This document shows, in pieces, positions 33,426 to 46,634 of a stretch of 64,000 nucleotides of DNA. Every line of letters begins with the position of its first letter. Positions within the stretch are counted from its first letter, which is position 1. The DNA comes from Neoconidiobolus thromboides FSU 785 (lineage: Eukaryota > Fungi > Entomophthoromycota): contig MU626345.1 in NCBI GenBank assembly GCA_025603075.1, forward strand, positions 21,856 through 85,855. The letters are read 5' to 3'. The notes beneath the pieces were generated by a model. The model saw only the letters and a program-made list of their open reading frames with translations. It was not told where the DNA came from and did no database searches. The translations under genes were made by a program, and so were the position numbers.

Positions 33426-35535
33426 TTAAATCTCGTAACAAATATCATTATTCTCTAAATAAGAAATTAGCATATTTAAATTTTCTCTTACAATAAACCA
33501 TCTATCACAAGCTTTTTCCATAAAAAACATAAGTATTCCTAGTCCAACGGCTATATTTTCTACTTTCCAAATAACATTATGTTGCATTTGAAAATAACTC
33601 ATATCTAACTTAATTATCTTATCGATTTTCTGCTTTGGTTTTAAATAATTCCAAACAATCAAAAATCGAGCAAATACCATAGAACAATTGCATAAACAAT
33701 ACCATTTAAATGCAACAAAATATCGTGAGTAATCATTTTCCATTATTAACAATATATTTAATATACTATTTGCAGCCAATAATGATAAACTTGTAGATCT
33801 TAATTTTAATTCATTATTTTTATTTTTATTATTAATGTTATTATCGTTATTATTAATATCATTATCATTATTACTAATTAATTGAATAAAATAACTAAAA
33901 TCTAAAGATTTACTATACAAATTAACTATAGCAGTGTAATACCATAATTGAATCATACAACTTAATTTATTTTGTTTAGTTGGTAATTCATAAAACAAAT
34001 TATACAACTCAGGTTGATTACAAATTAATTGAAACATTGGGTTACATAATTTATTATATTTTATATTGGCTTTTTGTGGTGTTAACAACATTAATTGAGT
34101 TAATTGAGATTCAATTTCTTTTATTTTAATAATTAAATTATCATCAATTAATATATTATTGGATTGTTGATTTAATTGATGAATTTTGTAAAATAATTGA
34201 TGATATTCCATTTGCCATTTTAATAAATATAAATCGTCATTGTTTTCTTTTTCATAATATTTTCGATACTTAATAAAATTATCAAATTCTTTTAATTCTG
34301 TTGAAAATATATAACTATCCGCTTGATATTTAGTTAACATTGGTTGTCTATTTAATACATATCCGAAAATTCGATCTGTTATAAAACAAATACCTGCAAT
34401 TCGCATCATAGAAGGTTCTTGATATGCTATAAATTTAGGTGTTTTCATTAAAGCTCCTATTAATAGAGACAATCTTATCCCAATTTCTCCATAATTAGTC
34501 CATTTCATCAATTTAACTGTCATTGCAGGTGGTGCTCTTAATAATAAAAAAGCACAAGTAGTAAACTCAGAAGCAACATTATAATATTGATTAACCATTG
34601 TCAATATAGTGTGTTCTAAATACAAATATAATCTTTTAGGAAAATCAGAGTGAGCACAAGATATTAATAGGACTACATTTAACAAAAAACTAAATTGTTG
34701 ATTTATTTTAGTTGTTATTGTATTTGCTGAAAATTGCTTTACATAATTTAAGAACTTTTTGGGTGATAATACAGGAAAAGAATAATGAAACCTTTGAAAA
34801 TAAACTTTAATAGCTTTATCTTGATAGCTTTGACATAACAAGCTTAAAACTAAAGATTCTTCTAAAGGGTTATATTCAATGATACCTAGCATTAATTTAG
34901 TATTTGAATTACTCTTTGGACTTATTAAACTTTTATTTTTTGTTTCTTTAAATTTGTCATAAAATGTGATTTCTGCTGTTAAGCATCCCATTGGACTATA
35001 TCCTTGATAATAAAACCTATTTCCAGATGATAGTTGAAATATAACACCTCGCTTCAACATAGAAGAATCAGTAATATGCATTAGATTAAACAATATTGTC
35101 AACCTAGCTACTGATATTTCAGATTGAAATGCATTATCATTTTTTGATTTTCTTTTCATTAAATTTTTATCTTTATTGGTAGCAGTTATTATATTATCTA
35201 ATTGAATTAAACTATTTGTAGTATTATGAGGAATATTATTATTATTATATTGCTATAAAATAATAAAATTTAATATCATAATAAAAATAGATAAAGTAAA
35301 ATAAATTTACCATATTTAAGTTGTAACTTGGTTGATAATATCGAAAGCTAAAGCTATTATTTTTTATCCGATCTTTATTTTGATGATACCAATAAGTACA
35401 TGGTAAATCTTTTTTAGTACATAAACTACATGCTGGTATACCAGCATCACATCGCTTCTTTTTTTCCCTACAATTATCACAAGCCTTGGTTACTTTTTTC
35501 TTTTTTATTGATGTTGTACTTGTCATTGACTGCAT
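33426..35535 (-). CDS. Zn(II)2Cys6 transcription factor with fungal-specific middle homology region, 2 exons (35535-35311, 35252-33426)
   Basis: KACDNCREKKKRCDAGIPACSLCTKKDLPC binuclear cluster, YFQRFHYSFPVL motif, and a phase-0 intron at 35253-35310 that joins the two ORFs in frame. Confidence 0.9.
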
Positions 35536-36408
35536 TTTTTATAACATATTTAACTAAAAAAAGTGAATGATTAGCATTGGTTTTTCTCATAGTATTTATA
35601 AGTTTAAGTTTAGCTCAAAACGAATCAAGTTTAATTGGTTTAAACCTTTAGCCGATTCCAAACCAGTTTTTGAATTTAAGGAAATAATCAAAAGGGTTGG
35701 ATTTATTGGTCAAAGTTAAGGAGGTGTCAAAACTATACTGGATATTTTGGTAGTTTTTAATAGCTTTATAGTCAAAATTAAAATAACCTTTAAATTGTAA
35801 CATCCCTTTTTTCTATTTTGAAGGGTGCATTTCTTATGCAATGGAAGTTCACTGAGCTTTTTTTCACATCAACTTTTTTAAATTGATGGAGGTATCCCAC
35901 CTATAAATATATAGTATTCACTATAATGCATTTTGATCATTATACTTAGTTTATCGAAGTTTAGATTTCAACTATATGCTGTGACACTTGAGAACATTCT
36001 ACATTAAACAATAACAATAATAATTGAAATAGTGATTAAAAATATATCCGCAGAAGTTCTAAATATTCAATTTAAAATAATGTGTTCTCAATTCTTTACA
36101 AATAAGAAAATAATTATTATATCTGAAACATTAAATGTTATGAGAAAAGGGATCAATAAATTACGATAAAATAAAAACAGTTGGCATATCATTTAATTAA
36201 TATTGAAAACATGGTAGCTAAGAGTAATGCATTTACTTTATTTAGTTAAATATAACTTTATCTGAGTTTAAATTTTATCAGTTAATAATTTAGTAAAATA
36301 ATGCGATTTAGCTGAGAAATTTTATTAACTGCCATTTGGTTGGTAGTAAAAAAACAAAATTATTAGGTGTCTTTAAATTGACATTAGATCTATTCGAACT
36401 TAATATAT

Positions 36409-36507
36409 GGGGATGTTTTTTTTGACTTCATCACTTTTTCGATTTTTAAGTGCTATTTGAGCGGAAAGATTGTTAGTAAGATTCTTAAACAAAAAAAATA
36501 GATCACT
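36409..36507 (-). mobile_element. MITE copy 13
   Basis: ATAT[GGGGATGT...TAGATCACT]ATAT. Confidence 0.85.
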
Positions 36508-36724
36508 ATATAAAGATTTTATAGTTTTGAACTTCTCAAATTAATAGATAAAATATTGAAATATTTCTGTGTTATGGCATCTAGTTTTATTTAAATTAAA
36601 TCTTCTCAACAAAATGAACAAACTTCATCTTGAAATTGCATCATTTTTAGAAATAAAAAACATAGAAAAATTTAGTAAACTAAAAAAATCCCACTCTTAA
36701 CAAACAATAATAACAATAACTGCA

Positions 36725-37460
36725 ATGACTTTTACCACATCCGAAATCAAAAAACAATTTTGGAAAGATATCAACTTACAATTAGATTCGTTAATGGAAT
36801 CGGAAACTAATTGGGTAAGTGTCAATATCAATACCAAATCAATATATATTTATTACATTGTTTTTATAAATAATTAATCAAAATTATCAAGGTAACTAAT
36901 TTAGCCAATACATCTGCTTTATTATGGCAAGAATTACGTGAACCAAGTTTACATGAACTTCCATCAAGAGCTATTAATTGGGCTGGATTTTATTTAATTG
37001 ATAAAAAAAATACGAAGGATTTAATATTAGGTCCATTTCAAGGGAAGGTAAAATTTAGTATTGGTTTTTTGATATTCTTATTTTGTATTGATTCTTTAAC
37101 AAATAAGATTGCTTGTGTAAGAATACCCATTGGAAAAGGAGTATGTGGAGTTGGAGCTAGTAGTAAATTAACACAATTAGTTTATGATGTACATGAATTT
37201 CCTGGACATATTGCTTGTGATTCGGCTTCTAATTCGGAAATCGTAGTCCCTCTAATTGTTAATGATAAGGTAAAAAAAAGAGACAATGTTCAGAATTGGT
37301 GATGGTTAACTTATTTTATTTATAGGTTATTGGTGTCATTGATATCGATTGTGAAACAGTTGGTGGATTTGATAAAGAAGATCAAGTAGGGTTAGAAGAA
37401 TTAGCTAAGATTATCATTAAGTCTTGTGATTTTGAAGATTTGCTTAGTGCTTTAGAATAA
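36725..37460 (+). CDS. Free methionine-R-sulfoxide reductase (fRMsr, GAF domain), 4 exons
   Basis: NWAGFYL, LGPFQGKIACVRI, GVCG, HIACDSASNSEIVVP and GVIDID motifs; all three Cys retained. Confidence 0.92.
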
Positions 37461-37589
37461 AAGTTAAAATAACGATAAGTAAAAAAGTAATTTCATTTTC
37501 TTAATATTTAAAAGATATCATTACTTGGCTACGTCATTTTATTCAAGTTCAAAAAAAAAAGAAAAAAAGAAACTATAAAAAAGAAGGGA

Positions 37590-38948
37590 TTATGTATGAA
37601 CATTAAATATCAAATTAGGAGAACATCTTTCAATCCATTCAATAAATAAAGATTCTACTCTACCAAGGTTAACGGATAACAAATTATTAAATTTAGGGTT
37701 ATAAATGATTTCAAATTTAATACTTGAATTCTTCCTTGATGCTTTTAAGATTTCAAAATATCTTAACTCTCTTTGACTACATAACCAATTTAGAAAATTT
37801 TCGCCATATTCTTTAATATTACCAAAATAGAATTCTTTTAACTTGACACAATTTATAGGTTTTGTTATAAAATCATCATCTGACAATGAACTATCAATAG
37901 CTAATACTTGTAAATTAGTTAAACCTAATATCAAAGGTAAAAATGGATATCTTAATTTTGTTAAGGAATGAATTTTTAAGATGTTTAAATTTTGTAAGTG
38001 TAAAAAACAAGGTCGATGAATTTGGACTGTTTTTGTTAATATTAATTGAGTTAAATTGGTAAACAAAGTAGGAAAGTTATTGATAACTAAACCTAATGAA
38101 TTATCATTATTGTAATTTAATGTCCGTAAATTGTTGATTTCACATAAATCTTCTAAGATTCCAAATACACACTCTTCTTTTAAATTTGTTATATTGAGTT
38201 CAATTTCACTCAATTTTTCTAATTTTTTACTATTCTTTTTATTTTCATTAGTCAAATACTGTGTTGCATTAATACTTAACTTGGTCAATTCAGGTAAATA
38301 ACCTTTAATCTCAGATAGTAAAGAAGATTGATAGACATCACAATTTAAATTTAATTCTTGTAAATTAGGTAAATAAATAAAGTCTAATTCTCCTCTTAAT
38401 TGAACTAATGAATTGTTAAAATAAACGGTTAATTTTTGTATGTTTTCATCATAAAAAGTAAAATGTTCAGTTAAATACTTATTTAAATTACCGAAATCTA
38501 ATATTAGTTCTTTGATAGCTAATTTGTTATTAGTAAATAATAATGATAGATCTAATATTTGATCTAAACTTGATATTGCTATTTCTATCTTTGTTAAATT
38601 AGGGCATAATTCCACTATTTCTTTAATCCTTAATGGTCTTTCATAGATTGAACTTGAATAAAATGGATTAAATGGAAATTCTATATCAAATTCTTTCCTA
38701 GGTATAGATAGATAATGATATTTTATTTTATTTCCATGTTTTTTTAATAAATTAATCAAACTTTTATGTTCTGTTTTATTACTTGCTTTCCCTCGAAACT
38801 CAGCCCATAAAATAAAATTACTATTTTCATACCACTGTTGACATACTAAATTTACTGTCTTTAAATCTTCTATGGTCAAATATTGAAATATTTGTTGTAA
38901 TATATGGTTCGGTATCATATCATATCGTTTCTTCTTTTCTATTATCAT
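37590..38948 (-). CDS. F-box protein with degenerate LRR/RNI-like repeats
   Basis: N-terminal IPNHILQQIFQYLTIEDLKTVNLVCQQW F-box followed by LxxLxL-type repeats. Confidence 0.82.
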   Translation of the reverse strand: MIIEKKKRYDMIPNHILQQIFQYLTIEDLKTVNLVCQQWYENSNFILWAEFRGKASNKTEHKSLINLLKKHGNKIKYHYLSIPRKEFDIEFPFNPFYSSSIYERPLRIKEIVELCPNLTKIEIAISSLDQILDLSLLFTNNKLAIKELILDFGNLNKYLTEHFTFYDENIQKLTVYFNNSLVQLRGELDFIYLPNLQELNLNCDVYQSSLLSEIKGYLPELTKLSINATQYLTNENKKNSKKLEKLSEIELNITNLKEECVFGILEDLCEINNLRTLNYNNDNSLGLVINNFPTLFTNLTQLILTKTVQIHRPCFLHLQNLNILKIHSLTKLRYPFLPLILGLTNLQVLAIDSSLSDDDFITKPINCVKLKEFYFGNIKEYGENFLNWLCSQRELRYFEILKASRKNSSIKFEIIYNPKFNNLLSVNLGRVESLFIEWIERCSPNLIFNVHT

Positions 38949-40014
38949 TTGGGTTAGTTAATATCTATTTTATTTTTTTATAAGATTGAAAGCTTGATTT
39001 TTTCATTACTGTCTTATAAGTTTTATTTATGTTTAATTGGCTTCTGTTTTAAAATTCTTTTTGCAAGGAAAATAGAGTGGTTTAAAAATAATTCAAATAT
39101 TTAGAAAATATATAACTTTTATCATAATTCAATTAGAAATACAACAAAAGAAACCAAATCGTATTAAAAAGATATTATTTTAAGTATTATTTTTCGAAAA
39201 TTTAATACTAATCGATAAATTGATTACTGTAATATAATGCTTTAAAATTATAATGAATATTGAAATTTTTTAAAGCTATAATAAACATTACATTACGAAC
39301 ATTAAAATAACTAATAGCTATAACTTAATATTAATACTAAAAACAAACAAAGATAATATGTTTCTTTTTAGTTATAGATAAATTTTATATGATGAATGTT
39401 TTTTACTGTTTAATTAAATTCAAGTAGTATTAAATACATTTAATAATAGTCACTGACATTTTTAGCTTACAAAATAATATTTTAGCAAATAAATAACATT
39501 TTTAATAAGCACAAATAAATAAATAAAAATATTGCTCATTAACGACTAGTGTACTCTTGTTAATATTATTGTAGTCTTTGCCAAATAATTGTGTACTTTT
39601 TTCTCCTAAAATTCGAAAAATTATCAGAAAATTAACTAAAACATGCTTATAAAAAGTTTCAAAGTATAATTGTATGATCTTGATAGATTAATAGATATTA
39701 TAGTACATAAAGCAATATGTTAGTAATTTTATTCTCATCTTTAACATTGTGACTATATAACTTGTACAATGTTAATAAAATAAATACTTAATACCAATTG
39801 TACTTAATATTTCACTTCATTTTACTTTTTTCATTAGGTAAAATTTCACCATAGATATTAGATTAGATATTAGATGAAGTGATCTAATTGGTCTAGATAG
39901 CATCAAAAAATCAAAATGATTGATTTAATCAAAGAATCTAACCAAATCTTAATTTCTATTCAATCCAACTCAAATAGAATAATCTGCTTAAGTTTATTTA
40001 GATCAATAAAAAAT

Positions 40015-40862
40015 ATGCTATCACTAACTCAACTTACTGGCGGTATATTAAATATATACTTTTAATTGAAATTGTTATTAATTAGTTAAATTAGCTGGAA
40101 TTCGTGCTTCCACTTTATTTAATCCTTTAGTTCGTAGTACATTACCTTCAGTTCGTAAGTTAACTAATAATTGAATAAAAAACAAGTGAAATTAATCACT
40201 ATAGAATCAACACTCCAACGTCGTAATCTTAACTCAAGCACTCAAATTGCACCAAGAAACAATGCTGAAATAATGGCCACACCAGACAATGCTTCAGGTA
40301 AAAAAAGACAAAATACCAAAAAAAAGATTAATTAATATTTTATTAAAAGACTTTGTTTTGTCTACTGTGGATAAAATTGCTAATTGGGCCCGCCAAGGTT
40401 CTATTTGGCCTATGACTTTCGGTTTAGCTTGTTGTGCTGTCGAGATGATGCATATGGCTGCTTCTCGTTATGATCAAGATCAATTTGGTATTCTTTTCCG
40501 TGCTTCTCCACGTCAATCGGATGTCATGATTGTTGCAGGTACCCTTACTAATAAAATGGCACCAGCACTTCGACGTGTTTATGATCAAGTAAGTTATTTT
40601 AATTAGTTTATATTTTAATTATTTATTTAATATAAAGATGCCTGAACCACGATGGGTAATTTCAATGGGTTCCTGTGCTAATGGTGGGGGTTATTATCAT
40701 TATTCATACGCTGTTGTAAGAGGATGTGATCGTATTGTTCCAGTAGATATTTATGTTCCTGGTTGTCCACCAACAGCTGAAGCTTTATTATATGGTGTAC
40801 TTCAACTCCAGAAAAAAATGCGTCGTAACCGTACCCTTAGAATGTGGTATCGTAAATATTAA
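40015..40862 (+). CDS. NDUFS7: Complex I PSST (20 kDa) subunit, 5 exons
   Basis: [37 protein letters not shown] and [12 protein letters not shown]. Confidence 0.96.
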
Positions 40863-41758
40863 AGCTATCTTCTTAAAGTTTTTTGATTAAAAAAGGTAAA
40901 ACATAGTTAAGTCATATGAAGTATAGTTATAAAGTTCAGTTTATAAGTGTGGAGTTTGATTATTTCTCGGCAGCTTTATTTCATTATAGGATAGTTATAA
41001 TTTTAACACTCTATTTTTAATAATAGTTTATATGACTCATGTTAAAATAGAATTAATATCTATAGATTAATATAAGATGTACCTAAATTTAATTTTCATT
41101 ATTAATCTTTATATTAGTTGTGTACGAATATTATTTGATGTATATTGTATAAAAGTGATCAAGCAGCAGAGTGTGCAAATTATTCGATTACTTTTTTAAT
41201 TAAGATCATGTATTTAATATTTAGTTATTTAAAGCCCAACTACAAAGTTAAAAATGCAAAGTTTCGATTATTCTTATTATATTATATTGCGTATTCTATT
41301 TATCACTATATTATTTAGCTAAAATGCTCTAAATTACATCATAACGAAAATTAGTTTAAATAAAAACCGTTGTTTTTTAGTATGTTTATTTTGTTTTTTG
41401 TATAATATTCAATTTCGTTACTCTATTAAACTTGTTAGCTATAACTGATTATATTTGATGTACTTATACTTAAACCATATCGTTTATCATTTTTAGAGCT
41501 CACCAAAAATCTTGAATATAACAACTTTTATTATTAGGATATGATATCTCATATTACCTAATATAATGTATTTTATTATATAAACTAACTAATAAATCTA
41601 AATATGAGCAGCATATGAGTTGGAATTTTATCTGCGCTTTCCTAGTCATTTTGACAGAAAATTAAATTTGGGAGTTAATTTCAACCAATCATTGATAAAA
41701 AGCTCAAATATAAATTCACCAAAATTGAAATCTATGCTGAAGTATTTTTTACATAAAA

Positions 41759-44153
41759 ATGGCCGCCGAAGTAGCAACCAGCATGGAAAAATTAAATATT
41801 AAAGAAGGAAAACCAATGTTAGGTGGGAGTGTACTCACTGATAAAGACGTAATTTTTATTAGAACTTGACTTTTTTCACTGTTTATCAAACTAGATCAAA
41901 CCAACTCCTGAATTTTTTGACCATCGTATCAAAATTTTTGAAGACCTTAAAAAAAAGTATGACGAGGAAATCAAAAGTATGTTTTTTGAATTGTAATATC
42001 TTGAATTAAATTAATTATTATATCATATAGATAAGACTCGTGAACCCATTACTATTACTTTACCTGATGGTAAAACTAAAGAGGGTACTTCTTGGGAGAC
42101 TTCTCCTATGGATATCGCTAAAAGTATTGCTAAATCTTTAGCTGAGAAAATTATTATTTCCAAGGTACAAATTATTTTGTTTTATAAAAAAATGCTTATT
42201 AAAATTCTTAGGTTGATGGAGAACTTTATGATCTTGAACGTCCACTTGAAAAGTCTTGTAATTTAGAATTACTTACTTTTGAAAATGAAGAAGGTAAGTT
42301 TAGTTCAAGTATCAGAAGCATATATAATAACATTTTATAGCAAAAAGAGTTTTCTGGCATTCTTCGGCCCATATTTTAGGTGAAGCTTGTGAACGCCATT
42401 ACGGTTGTAACCTTTGCATTGGTCCACCAATTGAAGATGGTTTTTACTACGAAATGAATATTGGTGAAAGGTAAAAGCGGATCTCACTTTACTTAGATAC
42501 GTATTAATATTTGTTAGAGTTGTAACTCAGTCTGATTATCCTAACTTAGAGACTCTTGCTAAAGGTATTGTAAAAGAAAAGCAACCTTTTGAACGTTTAG
42601 TTCTTTCAAAAGAAGATTTACTTGAAATGTTCAAACATAACCCATACAAAGTCCACATTATTAAGGATAAAATCCCAGACGGTACCTCTACTACTGTATA
42701 TCGTTGCGGTCCCCTTATTGATCTTTGTCGTGGTCCTCATGTTCCTAATACTGGAAAAGTTAAGGCTTTTTCAATCATGAAAAACTCTGCTTCTTATTTC
42801 TTAGGTGATGCTAAAAATGACTCACTTCAACGATTATATGGTATTTCATTCCCAGACTCCAAACAAATGACTGAATATAAACATTTCTTGGCTGAAGCTG
42901 CTAAACGTGATCATCGTAAAATTGGTAAAGATCAAGAATTATTCTTCTTCCATGAACTTTCTCCAGGCTCATGCTTTTTCCTTCCTCATGGTGCTCGTAT
43001 CTACAATGGATTAATGGATTACATTAAATCAGAATATCGTAAACGTGGCTTCCAAGAAGTTGTTACTCCAAATGTTTATGATATTAAACTTTGGGAAACC
43101 TCTGGGCATTGGCAAAATTATCAAGAAAATATGTTTTCATTTGAAGTAGAAAATTCAACCTTTGCTCTTAAACCTATGAATTGCCCAGGTCATTGTTTAT
43201 TATTTGGTCATATTAGCCGTTCATACAGAGAACTTCCGTTGCGTTTTGCTGATTTTGGTGTACTTCATCGTAATGAATTTTCTGGTGCTCTTACTGGTTT
43301 GACTCGTGTAAGAAGATTCCAGCAAGATGATGCTCATATTTTCTGTACCCGTGAACAAGTCGAGGATGAAATCAAGGGATGCTTCGAGTTCCTTAAAGCT
43401 GTTTATGGTACCTTCGGTTTCCAATTTGAGCTCAAATTATCCACTCGTCCAGAAAATTACATTGGTGATATTGAAGTTTGGGATAGTGCTGAAAAGCAAC
43501 TTGAAAATGCTCTTAATGCTTTAGGACATCCTTGGGAACTCAACCCAGGAGATGGTGCCTTTTATGGACCAAAGATTGACATTAAAATTAGTGATGCACT
43601 TCGTCGTAAGCACCAATGTGCTACTATCCAACTTGATTTCAATCTTCCAAAGAGATTTGAGTTACAATACCGTACTTCTGAAGTAGCTGTTGGAGAAGGT
43701 ACTGGTGCTGGTTACCAAGCTCCAATTATGATCCATCGTGCTATCTATGGTTCTTTAGAACGTATGATTGCTATTCTTACTGAACATTTTGGTGGTAAAT
43801 GGCCATTCTGGATATCTCCTAGACAAGTCATGATTGTTCCAGTTAATTTAAAGGTTGCTGAATATGCTGAAAAAGTACGTCAAACTCTTCATGATGCTGG
43901 CTTTTATGCTGATGCTGATTTAGGAGAAAACACTTTAAATAAGAAGATCCGTAATGCTGAGTTATCTCAATATAACTTTATTGCTGTTGTTGGTGCTGAA
44001 GAAGAAAATACTAACTCGGTCAATTTACGTAATCGTGATGACCAAGGTACTAAAGCTAAAGGAGAAACTATTCCATTAGATACATTAGTGGGTAATTTAC
44101 ATAGACTAAAAGAATTACGTTCAGTCACCAACCAATTTGAACAAACTGAATAA
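41759..44153 (+). CDS. THS1: Threonyl-tRNA synthetase, cytosolic, multi-exon
   Basis: TGS domain exons, [39 protein letters not shown] and [11 protein letters not shown]. Confidence 0.96.
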
Positions 44154-44359
44154 AGATAATAAATAAATTGGATAAAGATTAGCTTATTATTTTGTTACTA
44201 TTCCTTTCAAACTTTTTTTAATTAAACTTGGCAGCTTAAAGTTAATGGTCAATTTTTTATAAATAGCATAAATTTTGGTTACTTCGCTTTACTTTTTCTA
44301 TAAAAGTTCAACTGTTTTATGGAAATTAAGGACAATAAAATTTATTGAAGACGTATTAA

Positions 44360-45599
44360 ATGGATATTCCTATCGAAAGTAACAGTATTTATACACTCAT
44401 ATATCCATTAATAATATACAGATCAATTTGAAACCAAATTTAGATATGTTGGTGTGATTGGAGATAAACAATGGTTTTTAAAGCAGAATTTAATACCAAA
44501 TACCCTTTATAATAATGAGCAACTAAAGAAATGCGTAACCCTTTTTTTATTTATTTTTTTATTCTACAATTCATTCACTCAAATAGCTTCCAATATTTAG
44601 CAAATTAAAAGAAGAACTGGTAATTATTATACATTTGTTATAAATTTATTTAGTATTTTACAAGGAATGTTTGGATTTTATTTTGGATATAGAAAAATAC
44701 AATATATATATATTTTTACCCTATCCTTATGCTAGCTCTCAGATAACTTTAAACAATCAGGTAGCAGATATAAACTTATTTCTTTCTTAATTTTATTTTT
44801 TAGAACTTCAACTCCTTTATACATAAACTAGATAAAGCCTATACAAACGCTTTAACTCTCTTGTTCGTTTGCAGCAGCGAAGTTTGGGTAATTTCATTAT
44901 AATTTTATTATTCATATCATTTATATTAATATTTAAGATCAATTATAAAGCTGAGGCCTTTGTTTCTTTTTTAAGGCATTTGTGCAAAGCTACTGAAATA
45001 AAGAAAAAAAACAGAGAACTACAATTCAAACCGCCCTTCATGCATTTTATTTTAACTTTAGATAGGTATATTGAAGTAAATAACGATAATCATGTAAATT
45101 ATTTTACTTTTTGTTTTACATAACTTATTTTGTTCAGGACAATTCAATTAAAGAAGAAATAGATTCTTTTCGTTCTACTATACTTAATTTGCTTAGATCA
45201 AATCGTATTATCCCTAAACCAGACCAAAATGATATTAGGTATTTTAATCCCATTTTGATTATAATACTTATTTTTTTAGAAATAGCTTAGCACAACTTCC
45301 CCTTGATTTGGTTGAAACTAGAATTAACTACATTAAGTCTCCAAAGTTATACAGCTTTGATCAAGAAAAGACAGATGTTGATGACTGGGGAGAAAATAAC
45401 AAAAAGTTGTTATCAGAAGATTTTGATCTTAATTTTGATCTTGATTCAAAAACAAATAGTAACGAGTTTATAATCCCCAAAGATAGCCAGAAGGTAACTT
45501 TTATATTGGTATTGTTTATTAAATCAACTCAATATTTTATAGTCTTTATTCCTAAGTTTATGGCTTGAGAGGATTTACTTAATATTAAAAAAGTTATAG
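44360..45599 (+). CDS. Nine-exon gene (~290 aa) not captured as one ORF; resembles the SMG8 N-terminal G-like domain
   Basis: Eight GT-AG introns of ~40-52 bp (donors ~44379/44385, 44535, 44620, 44761, 44888, 45093, 45239, 45494) splice into one open frame. Gene model well supported; family assignment from recalled motifs. Confidence 0.6.
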
Positions 45600-46634
45600 T
45601 GGTATATGAATTAATTGGGATTATATAAGATATTTTTTTGTCTTTTTCATATACTTTAATATTACGGATTTTATATTGATATACTACAAAGGACTTGGAG
45701 TTGACTGTACAATTCAAGTTTAATTTTTTTATTCAAATTCTTAAAGAAAAATTATATAATTGTTTCTATCTCTTTAAAACACCTTTAAATTTTCCTTTAG
45801 TAAAACTTATAAACTCTATTTAATACTCTTATAATTCGGAATACTGATTGCTTGATTTCAAATCTCGATAATGACGTTTTTTAATAAATATCTGTCTTTG
45901 TATTTTTAACCTATTATTAGATACAAATTATATTAAGCATTATATACCTGATTCAACTATAAATACCTGTACCATATAAAGTCTCATTTTTATAGTGTTG
46001 CTTTATAGAGCTATTTTAAGCGTACCCATGTCTTTAACTATAATATTTTATTAATAGATTAAGTTATAATGTTTAATTATCCTCTAAATCAGTATTTTCA
46101 CACCATCATTGTGCAATAGTTTTGAGTTCGCAATTTGGTTTAGTTTATATCAATTCAAACAATAAAATAAATTTTGAAAATTATTAAAAGGTCTGGATTA
46201 AAGAATTTTGAAAGAAACTTATAGCTCTGGATTTTTAATGCAATCTTTATTTGATCTTACTGATATTTATATGATTTTATTGTAATCTATCTATAAAATC
46301 TTACTATTATTTTTTGCATCCAACTTAGATACTTGAATTTAGTATTAGTAGTTCGAATTCACTTAATTTCTAGATGACTTTATAATCCTTCAAATATAAC
46401 TTTAAACTATTTAATCAACAAACCTTAGTAAATAAACTTGTGTTTGTATATTTATATTTTGGAAATATTGAATCTATTTTTTTAAGTACTTGTTTTTCAT
46501 AACCATCTTTTATAAAGTTGATTTTAATCACATATTTTATACCGCAAATTTAGAAAAAGAAAACCATGATTAAACTTTTATTATATTAATTTCATATTAA
46601 TGACAAACAGGATACTACACTATTAATTAAAACA

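Noticed and set aside
10525-45599. U12-type or otherwise non-canonical introns
   Set aside because: All introns I traced are GT-AG with U2-type donors; no RTATCCTT donor was seen.
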